Shown here: positions 36,762 to 45,191 of the stretch, piece after piece
How the letters are laid out: every line of letters begins with the position of its first letter
Position numbering within the stretch: position 1 is the first letter of the stretch
Source: Alphaproteobacteria bacterium
Lineage (GTDB): Bacteria > Pseudomonadota > Alphaproteobacteria > UBA6615
DNA: 64,000 nt
Reading direction: 5' to 3'
Assembly: GCA_965205535.1 (NCBI GenBank)
Contig: CBDBHH010000005.1
Coordinates: 2,317,773-2,381,772 of the forward strand
Notes under the pieces: model-generated
The model's input: only the letters and a program-made list of their open reading frames with translations
Told to the model about the DNA's origin: nothing
Database searches by the model: none
Made by a program: the position numbers and the translations under genes

Positions 36762-37477
36762 AGCAGTTCGCCGGCGATGAAGGCGCGACCCTCTTCGGTC
36801 TGGGGTTTATCGAAAAACGTTGCCGCATCCGAAGCCTCCAGGAGCCGGCCCTTGTGCAGAAAAAGGATGTCGTCGGCGATCCGACGGGCCTGACCCAGGT
36901 CATGGGTCGCCATGACGATCTTGGTGTCGGCGGCGTGGAACCCCTCGATCAGCGTCTCGACGGCGCGGGTGGCGGCCGGGTCGAGGCTCGCCGTCGGCTC
37001 GTCGAGGAACAGTATCTCCGGTTCGGTCGCCCAGGCGCGTGCCAGCGCGAGACGTTGCTGCTCGCCGCCGGAGAGCACCCGGGCCGGTCGGCGCGCGGCA
37101 GGGGTGAGCCCCGCCAGTGCGAGTGCCGCGTTCGCGCGGGGTATCCTGTCGGCACGCGGCACGCCATGCGCGGCGAGCGCGTGGCTGATATTGCCGATCG
37201 CCGAGCGTCGCAGCATCACCGGCTGTTGGAAGACCATGGCTTGCCGCCGCGCGGACCGCCGCGTGTCGATGGCCCAGCGCACCTCGCCCGATGTGGGCTG
37301 GAGGAGCCCGTGACACAGGCGGAGCAGGAGGCTTTTTCCCGCACCGTTCGGGCCCAGCAGAACCGTGCGCCGCCCGGCTTGCAGATTGAAGGACACGTCG
37401 TCGAGCAGACGTGAGCCGCCGGCCTCGAAGGCCAGGCGGTGGGCCTGCAGGGGCAGGATCGAGGCGGGGCCGCTCAT
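36755..37477 (-). CDS. tupC: ABC transporter ATP-binding protein (TupC-like)
   Basis: Walker A GPNGAGKS, signature LSGGEQQRLALARA, Walker B LFLDEP. Confidence 0.8.
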   Translation of the reverse strand: MSGPASILPLQAHRLAFEAGGSRLLDDVSFNLQAGRRTVLLGPNGAGKSLLLRLCHGLLQPTSGEVRWAIDTRRSARRQAMVFQQPVMLRRSAIGNISHALAAHGVPRADRIPRANAALALAGLTPAARRPARVLSGGEQQRLALARAWATEPEILFLDEPTASLDPAATRAVETLIEGFHAADTKIVMATHDLGQARRIADDILFLHKGRLLEASDAATFFDKPQTEEGRAFIAGELLW

Positions 37478-37487
37478 GGAAGCCTGC

Positions 37488-38198
37488 TCATGCCAGCGCT
37501 GCCCGTTTGCCGGCCGAGGTGTTGATGATCTGCACGGCGGCGTTGACCGTGAGAGCCAGGAACAGCAACACGATGCCGAGCCCGAGTGCGGTCGAGAGAT
37601 TGCCCTTGCTGGTCTCGAGCGCGATGGCGCTGGTCATCACCCGGGTCACATGATCGATGTTGCCGCCGACAATCATCACCGCGCCCACTTCGGCGATCGC
37701 CCGGCCGAATCCGGCGAGCACGACCGTGGCGAGAGAATAGCGCGCATCCGTGATCAGGGTCGCGAGTGTGGTCACGGGTCCGGCATCCAAAGAACGCAGA
37801 TGCTCGCCATATTCGACCCACAGGTCGGCAACGATCTGCCGGGTCAGCGCCGCCACGATGGGTGTGACCAGGATCGTCTGGGCGATGATCATGGCTGTCG
37901 GGGTGAACAGCAGGCCCAGCACGCCGAGTGGGCCGGCGCGGGACAGGATCAGAAACACGATCAGGCCGACGACGACCGGCGGCAGGCCCATGAAGGTGTT
38001 GAGCAGCAGGATGACGAAACCGCGGCCTGGAAAGCGCTTCAGCGCGACGATGGCGCCCAGGGGAAAGCCGATCAGGCAGGCCAGTGCGACCGCCGTCAGG
38101 CTGACACGCAGCGACAACCCGACGATGGACATGAAGTCGGGGTCGAAGCTGACCAGCAGGGCGCCGGCTTCCGCGAAGGCTGTGGCGAAGGTTTCCAT
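37488..38198 (-). CDS. tupB: ABC transporter permease (TupB-like)
   Basis: Six-TM BPD_transp_1 permease; start chosen at METFATAF (the track ORF runs to 38240). Confidence 0.75.
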   Translation of the reverse strand: METFATAFAEAGALLVSFDPDFMSIVGLSLRVSLTAVALACLIGFPLGAIVALKRFPGRGFVILLLNTFMGLPPVVVGLIVFLILSRAGPLGVLGLLFTPTAMIIAQTILVTPIVAALTRQIVADLWVEYGEHLRSLDAGPVTTLATLITDARYSLATVVLAGFGRAIAEVGAVMIVGGNIDHVTRVMTSAIALETSKGNLSTALGLGIVLLFLALTVNAAVQIINTSAGKRAALA

Positions 38199-38302
38199 CT
38201 GGTTTCCGAGTAAATCCGCTGGTTTGGGTCCAAGGCCCATTATCTATGCAGGCCGGCCGCGCATGTCCAATCACGCGGCGTTTTTGATATGCTCTGGTCA
38301 CC

Positions 38303-39139
38303 ATGGCATCCGACGACAGCATTCAGCCCAATCCGGACGATCCGCGCCTGACCGAACCGGTCCGCGGGATCGATCAGGACGGCAATCCTGTCGACGCGCG
38401 GGTTGTGGTCGAGCGTCCGCTCACCCTGTTCCTCAACGGGCAGGAGATCGTCACCATGATGACCATCGGCGACTATCCCGATTATCTCGCCGTCGGTTAC
38501 CTGGCCAACCAGAACATGCTGCTGCCCGACGACGAGATCATCGGTATCGATCATGACGATGACCTGGGGGTCGTGGTGGTCCGCACAAACCGGGAGACCG
38601 ACTACGAGGCGCGGCTCAAGAAGAAGACGCTGACCAGCGGCTGCGCCCAGGGGACTGTGTTCGGCGACCTGATGGAAAGCCTTGAAGGCGTGGTCCTGAA
38701 GCCGGATGCGGAGCTACGGACCTCATGGCTGTATGCGTTGACCAAGACCATCAACACCATGCCGAGCCTTTATCTCGCCGCCGGCGCGATTCATGGTTGC
38801 GTTCTGTGCGAAAAAGACCGGCCGCTGATCTACATGGAAGACGTTGGCCGACATAACGCGGTGGACAAGATCGCCGGCTACATGCGCCTCAAGGGCATCC
38901 CGGCCGACGACAAGATATTCTACACCACCGGCCGGCTCACCTCGGAGATGGTCATCAAGACCGTGCATATGGGCATCCCCATCCTGGTCTCCCGCTCGGG
39001 CTTCACGGCCTGGGGCGTGGACCTGGCGCGCGAGGCAAATCTCACCCTAATCGGCCGCGCCCGGGGCAAGCGCTTCATGGCACTGGCGGGGGAAGACCGG
39101 ATTACGTTTGATGCAGACATCGGTGAGGTCGCGGAATGA
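38303..39139 (+). CDS. fdhD: formate dehydrogenase accessory sulfurtransferase FdhD
   Basis: 278 aa with the conserved SGCxxG motif (TLTSGCAQGTV) and FdhD fold length. Confidence 0.85.
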   Translation: MASDDSIQPNPDDPRLTEPVRGIDQDGNPVDARVVVERPLTLFLNGQEIVTMMTIGDYPDYLAVGYLANQNMLLPDDEIIGIDHDDDLGVVVVRTNRETDYEARLKKKTLTSGCAQGTVFGDLMESLEGVVLKPDAELRTSWLYALTKTINTMPSLYLAAGAIHGCVLCEKDRPLIYMEDVGRHNAVDKIAGYMRLKGIPADDKIFYTTGRLTSEMVIKTVHMGIPILVSRSGFTAWGVDLAREANLTLIGRARGKRFMALAGEDRITFDADIGEVAE

Positions 39140-39531
39140 CTGATGAGGCCAACAACTTGTCCGAAGATGATTGGGAGTTTCGCCATCCGCGCATGTTGTG
39201 GATTGCGATCGCGGCCCTGGCGCCTCTCTCCATTGCTGCCGTCGTCTCCTACGGCTTGTTGGGGATTGGGCTGCCGATCCTGCCGTGGTTCGGCGCGGCG
39301 ATGTTCGCCGCTGCGACGGTTGTCTTCGCGGTGCTGCTGGCGATCCTGATCGCCGATTTCGGTATTCTCATCTGCTTTGTCGTCATGGCCGACGGCGGAG
39401 ACATTCCCGGCACGGTCATGTCGATCTGGCTCGTCGGGTCCTTTCTGATGTGGCTGCTCGGCACCCCGATCGCGTTTCTCCGCGTGCTGCTGTTCGGCTA
39501 CATCGCGCTCGGGCGGATCCCCGGGCGTTGA
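39136..39531 (+). CDS. small hypothetical membrane protein (131 aa, 3-4 TM helices)
   Basis: ATGA overlap with the fdhD stop; hydrophobic segments. The overlapping frame (track ORF 39171..40148 N-terminal part) is Arg-rich nonsense, which supports this frame. Confidence 0.55.
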   Translation: MTDEANNLSEDDWEFRHPRMLWIAIAALAPLSIAAVVSYGLLGIGLPILPWFGAAMFAAATVVFAVLLAILIADFGILICFVVMADGGDIPGTVMSIWLVGSFLMWLLGTPIAFLRVLLFGYIALGRIPGR

Positions 39532-40148
39532 CCGGTTCGCCTTCCATCCTCGGTGTCATCCTCGCAGGCGGGCAGGCGCGGCGTCTCGGCGGCGGGGACA
39601 AGGCGCTGCGGGAGGTCGCGGGTCGGCCGCTGCTGGCTCACGCGATCGAGCGGCTCACACCGCAGGTTACGCGAATCGCGATCAACGCCAATGGCGACCC
39701 GCGACGGTTTGAGCCGTTCGGGTTGCCTGTTGTCCCCGACAGCGTTGCGGGCGCCGGCCCGCTGGCGGGGGTGCTTGCGGGGCTCGACTGGGCGGCGAAA
39801 AACACACCTGATTGCGAGTGGGTGGCGACCGTGGCGACGGACGCACCGTTCTTTCCCCAAGACCTCGTCGCGCACCTCCTGTCGGCGACGACGTCAGAGT
39901 CTGCCGACCTCGCATGCGCGGAAACCGGGGGGCGAACGCATCCGGTGTTCGGTTTATGGCCGGTGAGGCTACGAGGCGACTTGCGTCATGCGCTGGTCGA
40001 TGAGGGCATCCGCAAGGTCGATCTCTGGACTGCACGCCACAGGTTGGCCGTGGTTTCGTTTCCCGCTCCAGTGGTCGATCCGTTCTTTAATATCAACCAT
40101 CCCGAAGATGTCGTTGCGGCGGAAGATATATTCGCAATCAAGAAATAG
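39528..40148 (+). CDS. mobA: molybdenum cofactor guanylyltransferase MobA
   Basis: ILGVILAGGQARRLGGGDKAL... matches the MobA N-terminal nucleotide-binding motif; probable TTG start at 39528 overlapping the previous stop. Start is uncertain. Confidence 0.75.
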   Translation: MTGSPSILGVILAGGQARRLGGGDKALREVAGRPLLAHAIERLTPQVTRIAINANGDPRRFEPFGLPVVPDSVAGAGPLAGVLAGLDWAAKNTPDCEWVATVATDAPFFPQDLVAHLLSATTSESADLACAETGGRTHPVFGLWPVRLRGDLRHALVDEGIRKVDLWTARHRLAVVSFPAPVVDPFFNINHPEDVVAAEDIFAIKK

Positions 40149-40392
40149 TCCGAAGAGATGAGACGTGAATTGACTCTTGTCTCCGGACTCACTTAAATCG
40201 CGTCCGCAGAATAAAGCACCCTGGCAAAGCCGAGGTGTCGCGCACCAGCCGGAAGCAAATTTTGGCGGTGCGCATGACGGCCCGAGGGAGGGGAGGAGAG
40301 GAGAGCAAAGACGGACGAGCGCCTGGCGCTCAACCAGCGGGAACGGAACAAAAATAGACCTACCCGTGGAAAATGCTCTTGCTTAGATCTGA

Positions 40393-40431
40393 GGGGTCCG
40401 GTGCGGATACGCGCCGGACCTTTTCTTTTTG
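40393..40431 (+). terminator. intrinsic terminator (ggtccggtgcg-gatac-gcgccggacc plus ttttcttttt)
   Basis: Perfect GC-rich hairpin followed by a T-run on the plus strand. Confidence 0.6.
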
Positions 40432-40470
40432 CCCACCACAAATCCGTGAATTGCCGGGCACAGTATTGCG

Positions 40471-41019
40471 CTACTCGAGCTCTTTGAGATTTCCGTCATC
40501 GTCCACTTCAAGGCCGGTCTCCCGCGCGCGGTCGATCACGCTTGGGTGCCAGGCGACGTTCCCGGCGTCGGGCCCACCGACGATGGCCAGCATCAGCGCG
40601 TCGTCTTCATCGGTGATGCAGCGGAAACCGCGATAGACGCCTGTCGGTACGCTGACCACGTCCAGCGGTTCCAGTGCAATCGCGCGTTCCTCGTCCCCCT
40701 CCAGCCAGACCACTTCCCAGGTGCCCTTCATGGGCACGAACACCTCCTCGGTCTGGTGCACATGGAAGGCCGGACCTGCGCCGCCGTCATTCGTCCGCTT
40801 GTTGTAGACGAGGGAGAAGCCCACCGCGTTGCCCAGCTTCGGGACCAAATCGGGGTCGTCGCGATTCTCCGTCACGTTCATGCCGATGACGTTGACGATC
40901 TCGCGCTCATGCCCGGGCATGCGCTGGTCGAGATAGGCGAGCTCTGACCCGTTGCAGTCGGCGTAGCGCACGACATGGTTTTTCTCCATGTCGGCGGTGG
41001 AAACTTTCGGTGTGTCCAT
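40471..41019 (-). CDS. cupin domain protein
   Basis: Two-His cupin motif region (GPAFHVHQTEEVFVPMKGTWEV); start MDTPKV with RBS GGGAGG. Confidence 0.7.
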   Translation of the reverse strand: MDTPKVSTADMEKNHVVRYADCNGSELAYLDQRMPGHEREIVNVIGMNVTENRDDPDLVPKLGNAVGFSLVYNKRTNDGGAGPAFHVHQTEEVFVPMKGTWEVVWLEGDEERAIALEPLDVVSVPTGVYRGFRCITDEDDALMLAIVGGPDAGNVAWHPSVIDRARETGLEVDDDGNLKELE

Positions 41020-41085
41020 GGGGCGTCCTCCCGTTGTCGAGCGGGAAAGTCTCGGGCGGCCCAAAGGCGAAGTCAATCTTGGTGG

Positions 41086-43857
41086 TTACTCCGCGGCACT
41101 CCTGGCGCCGGCTTCCACCTTCGCTGCGCAGAATTTGAACTCGGGGATTTTGCCGACCGGGTCCAGTTGCGGGTTTGTCAGCAGGTTGGCTGCCGCTTCG
41201 GCGAAGCAGAAGGGAATGAACACCATGCCCTCGGGCACATCGCGATCCGAACGCGCCGCGATCTCGATGGTGCCGCGCCGGGTCGAGACCTGGATCGGGT
41301 CGCCGGGCCAGACATCGAGGCGCTTCATCTCACGCGGATGGAGCGAGGCCACTGCGGCGGGCTCGAGATGGTCGAGGATTGTCGCGCGCCGGGTGATCGC
41401 ACCGGTGTGCCAATGTTCGAGCAGGCGCCCGGTCGACAGCACCATCGGGTAGTCCGGGTCCGGCAACTCGTCGGGGGGCAGCACTTCGGTCGGCACGAAT
41501 TTGCCGCGGCCGGATTTCGTGGGGAAGCCGTTGGCAAACATGATTTCCGTGCCGGGACCGTCCTCATGGTCACACGGATAGGTCACAGCATCCTCGCGCT
41601 CCAGCCGCTCCCAGCTGATGCCGTCGATCGAGTGCATGGCCTCGCGCAACTCGCCATAGACTTCGGCCGGCCCCTCATAGTTCCAGTCGAGCCCGACACG
41701 TCGTGCGAGTTCCTGGATAATCCACCAATCCTGTCTGGCTTCACCCGGCGCATCCAGGGCGGGGCGGCCGAGCTGGACCTGGCGGTTGGTGTTGGTGACC
41801 GTGCCGGATTTCTCGGGCCAGGCGGACGCGGGCAGGATCACGTCCGCATGAAACGCCGTCTCGGTTAGGAAGATTTCCTGCACCACCAGATGATCGAGGG
41901 CGGCCAGGCCCTGGCGGGCGTGATGCTGGTCCGGGTCCGACATGGCCGGGTTCTCGCCCATCACATACATGGCGCGGATGTCGCCTGCGCGTGCGGCGTC
42001 CACGATCTCGACCACGGTCAGCCCCGGTTCGGGGTTGAGATTCTCGACATCCCACAGCTTTTCGAACTTTGCCTTCGTGTCGGGGTCGGCCAAGCTCTGG
42101 TAGTCGGGATAGACCATCGGGATCAGGCCCGCGTCCGACGCGCCCTGGACGTTGTTCTGGCCCCGTAGCGGGTGCAGGCCGGTGCCGGGGCGGCCCACCT
42201 GGCCGGTCATCAGCGCCAGCGAGATCAGGCAGCGCGCATTGTCGGTGCCGTGGACATGCTGGGAGATGCCCATGCCCCAGAAGATGATCGCCCGCTCGGC
42301 GGTGGCATAGGTGCGGGCAATGGTTTTGATGGTCTCGGCGTCGACGCCGCAGACCTCCGACATGGCCTCGGGCGTGAAGTCGATGAGGGACGCGCGCAGC
42401 GCCTCATAATCTTCCGTATAGCCGGCGATATATTGCTCGTCGGTCAGCTCTTCGGCGACGATCGTGTGCATGATCGCGTTCAAAAGTGCGACGTCCGTTC
42501 CCGGCTTGAACTGCAGGAAGTGATCGGCATGGCGGGTCAGCGCGTAGCCGCGCGGGTCCATGATGATCAGCTTTGCCCCGCGCTTGGCCGCATCCTTGAT
42601 GTAGGTGGCCGCGACCGGGTGGTTTTCCGTCGGCCGTGCGCCGATGACGATGATGCAGTCGGTGTCTTCGGCCGCCGTGAACGGTGCGGTGACCGCACCC
42701 GAGCCGATGGTCTCCATCAGCGCCGCCACGGAACTGGCGTGACACAAACGCGTGCAGTGATCGACATTGTTGGTGTGGAACCCGGCGCGGATCAGTTTCT
42801 GAAACAGATACGCCTCTTCGTTGGAGCCCTTGGCCGAGCCGAACCCGGCGACGGCGTTGCCACCATGGGCGTCACGCACCCGGTTCAGGCCCCCGGCGGC
42901 CACTTCGAGGGCTTCTTCCCAGCTTGCCTCGCGGAAATGGGTCGAGGGGTTGGTCGGGTCGACCTGGTCGTCCCAGCGTTTGCCCACACCGTCCTTGCGG
43001 ATCAGCGGCGTGGTCAGTCGGTGGGGGTGGTGCACATAGTCGAGCCCGAAGCGGCCTTTCACACATAGCCGCTGCTCGTTGGCCGGGCCGTCGCGGCCCT
43101 CGACCTTCTGAATCTTGCCGTCTTTCAGATGATAGGTGATCTGGCAGCCGACCCCGCAGAAGGGGCACACGCTGTCGACCGTCTCGTCCGCCTTCGCCAC
43201 GCCGATACCGGCTTCGTCGACCATGGTCGACGGTAGCAGCGCGCCGGTCGGACAGGCCTGCACGCATTCGCCGCAGGCCACGCAGGTCGACTGGCCCATG
43301 GGATCGTCGAAGTCGAACACGATCTTCGATTCCGCGCCGCGCATGGCCATGCCGATCACATCGTTCGACTGGACCTCGCGGCACGCCCGCACACACAGAT
43401 TGCAATGGATACAGGCGTCGAGATTGACCGCCATGGCCGCGTGGCTGGAATCGGCCTCTGGTGCTGAATCACGTGCGGGAAACCGGCTGGATTCAACATT
43501 CATCCGGTCGGCCCACTGCCAGAACTTGGAATCCCCGTCATGGGCCGTCGCGCGATCCGGCTGATCGGCCGCCAGCATCTCGATGACCATTTCACGGGCC
43601 TTGCTGGCGCGCTCGGCCTCAGTGTCGACCACCATGCCGTCGGTTGGCTGGCGCAGGCATGATGCTGCCAGCACGCGTTCGCCCTCGATATGGACCATGC
43701 AGGCACGGCAATTGCCGTCGGGCCGGTAGCCCGGCTCGGGGGCATAACAGAGATGCGGAATCTCGGTGCCTTCGCGGGCCGCGACCTGCCAGATGGTCTC
43801 ATCGGGCGCGGCGGTGACCTCGCGCCCGTTGAGGGTGAAACGGATCGTGTTGCTCAT
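41086..43857 (-). CDS. fdsA: formate dehydrogenase alpha subunit (NAD-dependent FdsA-type molybdopterin enzyme with N-terminal 2Fe-2S/4Fe-4S domains)
   Basis: 923 aa; N-terminal ferredoxin-like Cys clusters, molybdopterin oxidoreductase domain, and C-terminal molybdopterin dinucleotide-binding domain. Confidence 0.9.
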   Translation of the reverse strand: MSNTIRFTLNGREVTAAPDETIWQVAAREGTEIPHLCYAPEPGYRPDGNCRACMVHIEGERVLAASCLRQPTDGMVVDTEAERASKAREMVIEMLAADQPDRATAHDGDSKFWQWADRMNVESSRFPARDSAPEADSSHAAMAVNLDACIHCNLCVRACREVQSNDVIGMAMRGAESKIVFDFDDPMGQSTCVACGECVQACPTGALLPSTMVDEAGIGVAKADETVDSVCPFCGVGCQITYHLKDGKIQKVEGRDGPANEQRLCVKGRFGLDYVHHPHRLTTPLIRKDGVGKRWDDQVDPTNPSTHFREASWEEALEVAAGGLNRVRDAHGGNAVAGFGSAKGSNEEAYLFQKLIRAGFHTNNVDHCTRLCHASSVAALMETIGSGAVTAPFTAAEDTDCIIVIGARPTENHPVAATYIKDAAKRGAKLIIMDPRGYALTRHADHFLQFKPGTDVALLNAIMHTIVAEELTDEQYIAGYTEDYEALRASLIDFTPEAMSEVCGVDAETIKTIARTYATAERAIIFWGMGISQHVHGTDNARCLISLALMTGQVGRPGTGLHPLRGQNNVQGASDAGLIPMVYPDYQSLADPDTKAKFEKLWDVENLNPEPGLTVVEIVDAARAGDIRAMYVMGENPAMSDPDQHHARQGLAALDHLVVQEIFLTETAFHADVILPASAWPEKSGTVTNTNRQVQLGRPALDAPGEARQDWWIIQELARRVGLDWNYEGPAEVYGELREAMHSIDGISWERLEREDAVTYPCDHEDGPGTEIMFANGFPTKSGRGKFVPTEVLPPDELPDPDYPMVLSTGRLLEHWHTGAITRRATILDHLEPAAVASLHPREMKRLDVWPGDPIQVSTRRGTIEIAARSDRDVPEGMVFIPFCFAEAAANLLTNPQLDPVGKIPEFKFCAAKVEAGARSAAE

Positions 43858-43904
43858 ATCCCGTTTATATCACGCGGGAAGGGCCTGCGCGGAGGTCTGT
43901 TGAG

Positions 43905-44351
43905 CTACCTGATCTCGATCAGTTCGACGTCGAACATCAGCGTGGCGTTCGGCGGAATGACGCCGCCCGCGCCGCGCGCGCCGTAACCGAGCGCGGGGGG
44001 AATGATCAGCGTCCGTTTGCCGCCCGGGCGCATGCCCGCCACGCCTTCATCCCAGCCACCGATCACGCGACCGGCGCCCAGCGGGAAGTTGAAGGGCTGA
44101 TTGCGGTCGACCGAGCTGTCGAACTTGCTGCCCTTCTCACCATCGACATAGAGCCAGCCGGTGTAGTGGACGACCACGTTGTCGCCGGCCTTGGCCGCTT
44201 CGCCGGCGCCTTGGGCGTTGTCGACATAGCGCAGACCGCTGGACGTGGTGATGGTGTCTTGGGCGTTTGAATCGTTGGGCATGATGAAAACCATTGCCGC
44301 GGCCAGAAGCATCGCGGTCAGCAAGTGTTGGAGACGATTTAGGCGTGCCAT
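43905..44351 (-). CDS. FKBP-type peptidyl-prolyl cis-trans isomerase (secreted)
   Basis: Signal peptide then the FKBP domain GDNVVVHYTGWLYVDGEKGSKFDSSVDRNQPFNFPLGAGRVIGGWDEGVAGM; start MARLNRL with RBS GAGG. Confidence 0.8.
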   Translation of the reverse strand: MARLNRLQHLLTAMLLAAAMVFIMPNDSNAQDTITTSSGLRYVDNAQGAGEAAKAGDNVVVHYTGWLYVDGEKGSKFDSSVDRNQPFNFPLGAGRVIGGWDEGVAGMRPGGKRTLIIPPALGYGARGAGGVIPPNATLMFDVELIEIR

Positions 44352-44437
44352 GGGATACCTCTGATTTGAATAGTACGGGACCGGACCAGCACTAGCCCGG
44401 TCCTGCACTCTATCGAAATAAACAGCGCGTGAAGACA

Positions 44438-44881
44438 TCACGCGTTGGCCTGGAGAACACCCCGTTGCACCGCGCTCGTCAGCGCTGGACCTTCATAAAG
44501 TCCCATCGCGTTGGTTTGCGGCAGGAATCCGAACTTTGCGTAGAAATCCTCCTTGCCGAAAACCGACGTCAGGAAAATCCGCTCGAACGGGAGCTTTGCC
44601 AGCAGGCCCTCCATCAGCATCCGACCGACCCCGCAGCCCTGATGCTCTGTGGCGACCACCACATCGAATACCGTTGCGTAATAGACCCCGTCGGATGTCG
44701 CGCGTGCGGCGGCGACGAGTTCGTCGCCCTTATGGACGAAAACCGATGCGTAGCTACTGTGAAAGGCGCGCGCGATATCGAATGCCTTGCGGTCGAACAG
44801 GTTCGCCGCGGCCATGATGTTGGCCAGCGCCCACCAGTCGATGGTCGAGAGTTCGTCGCTTAGTCTGTATTCGCTTTGCAT
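44438..44881 (-). CDS. GNAT family N-acetyltransferase
   Basis: Acetyl-CoA binding motif QGCGVGRMLMEGL; 147 aa. Confidence 0.8.
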   Translation of the reverse strand: MQSEYRLSDELSTIDWWALANIMAAANLFDRKAFDIARAFHSSYASVFVHKGDELVAAARATSDGVYYATVFDVVVATEHQGCGVGRMLMEGLLAKLPFERIFLTSVFGKEDFYAKFGFLPQTNAMGLYEGPALTSAVQRGVLQANA

Positions 44882-44924
44882 GGTTCGGTCCCCGCTCGCT
44901 TGGGTTGTTTGCCGGGTCCACGCA

Positions 44925-44960
44925 CAAAAAAACCGCCGTGCATGTTGCCGGCGGTCCGTT
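44925..44960 (-). terminator. intrinsic terminator downstream of fdsB (hairpin ccgccg-N9-cggcgg plus T7 on the minus strand)
   Basis: aaaaaaaccgccgtgcatgttgccggcgg on the plus strand equals hairpin plus T-run on the minus strand. Confidence 0.55.
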
Positions 44961-45191
44961 GGTCTTCTGTGATGTGATGGGTGCTAAGCCATCGTCCTCA
45001 CAAACACGGAACCGCCCTCGCTCGCGCGTCGCGCGGCAAGTTTCCACATGTAATTCGTCATGGCGGTTCGGTTTGTCATGGCGCGGCTTTTATGCGCGTT
45101 CACGCACCGGGTCAACCCGTGAATGTTGACCGCGCAGGTGTCGCGTAGCATTGAAGAAATGGCGCGGCGACCGGTTCTCGGACGCGCGTCG

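Noticed and set aside
37365-38556. Plus-strand ORFs 37365..38213 and 37750..38556.
   Set aside because: Antisense to the tupB and tupC ABC genes; the products are Arg/Gly-rich.
40230-40330. Possible SRP (4.5S) RNA because of the CCGGAAGCA motif.
   Set aside because: The flanking helix and the conserved GGAA/AGCAG tetraloop context of SRP domain IV are not present, so it is kept only as a generic sRNA candidate.
41890-43564. Several plus-strand ORFs (42172..43068, 43136..43564 and others) inside the fdsA span.
   Set aside because: fdsA on the minus strand is a continuous 923-aa molybdoenzyme with all expected domains.
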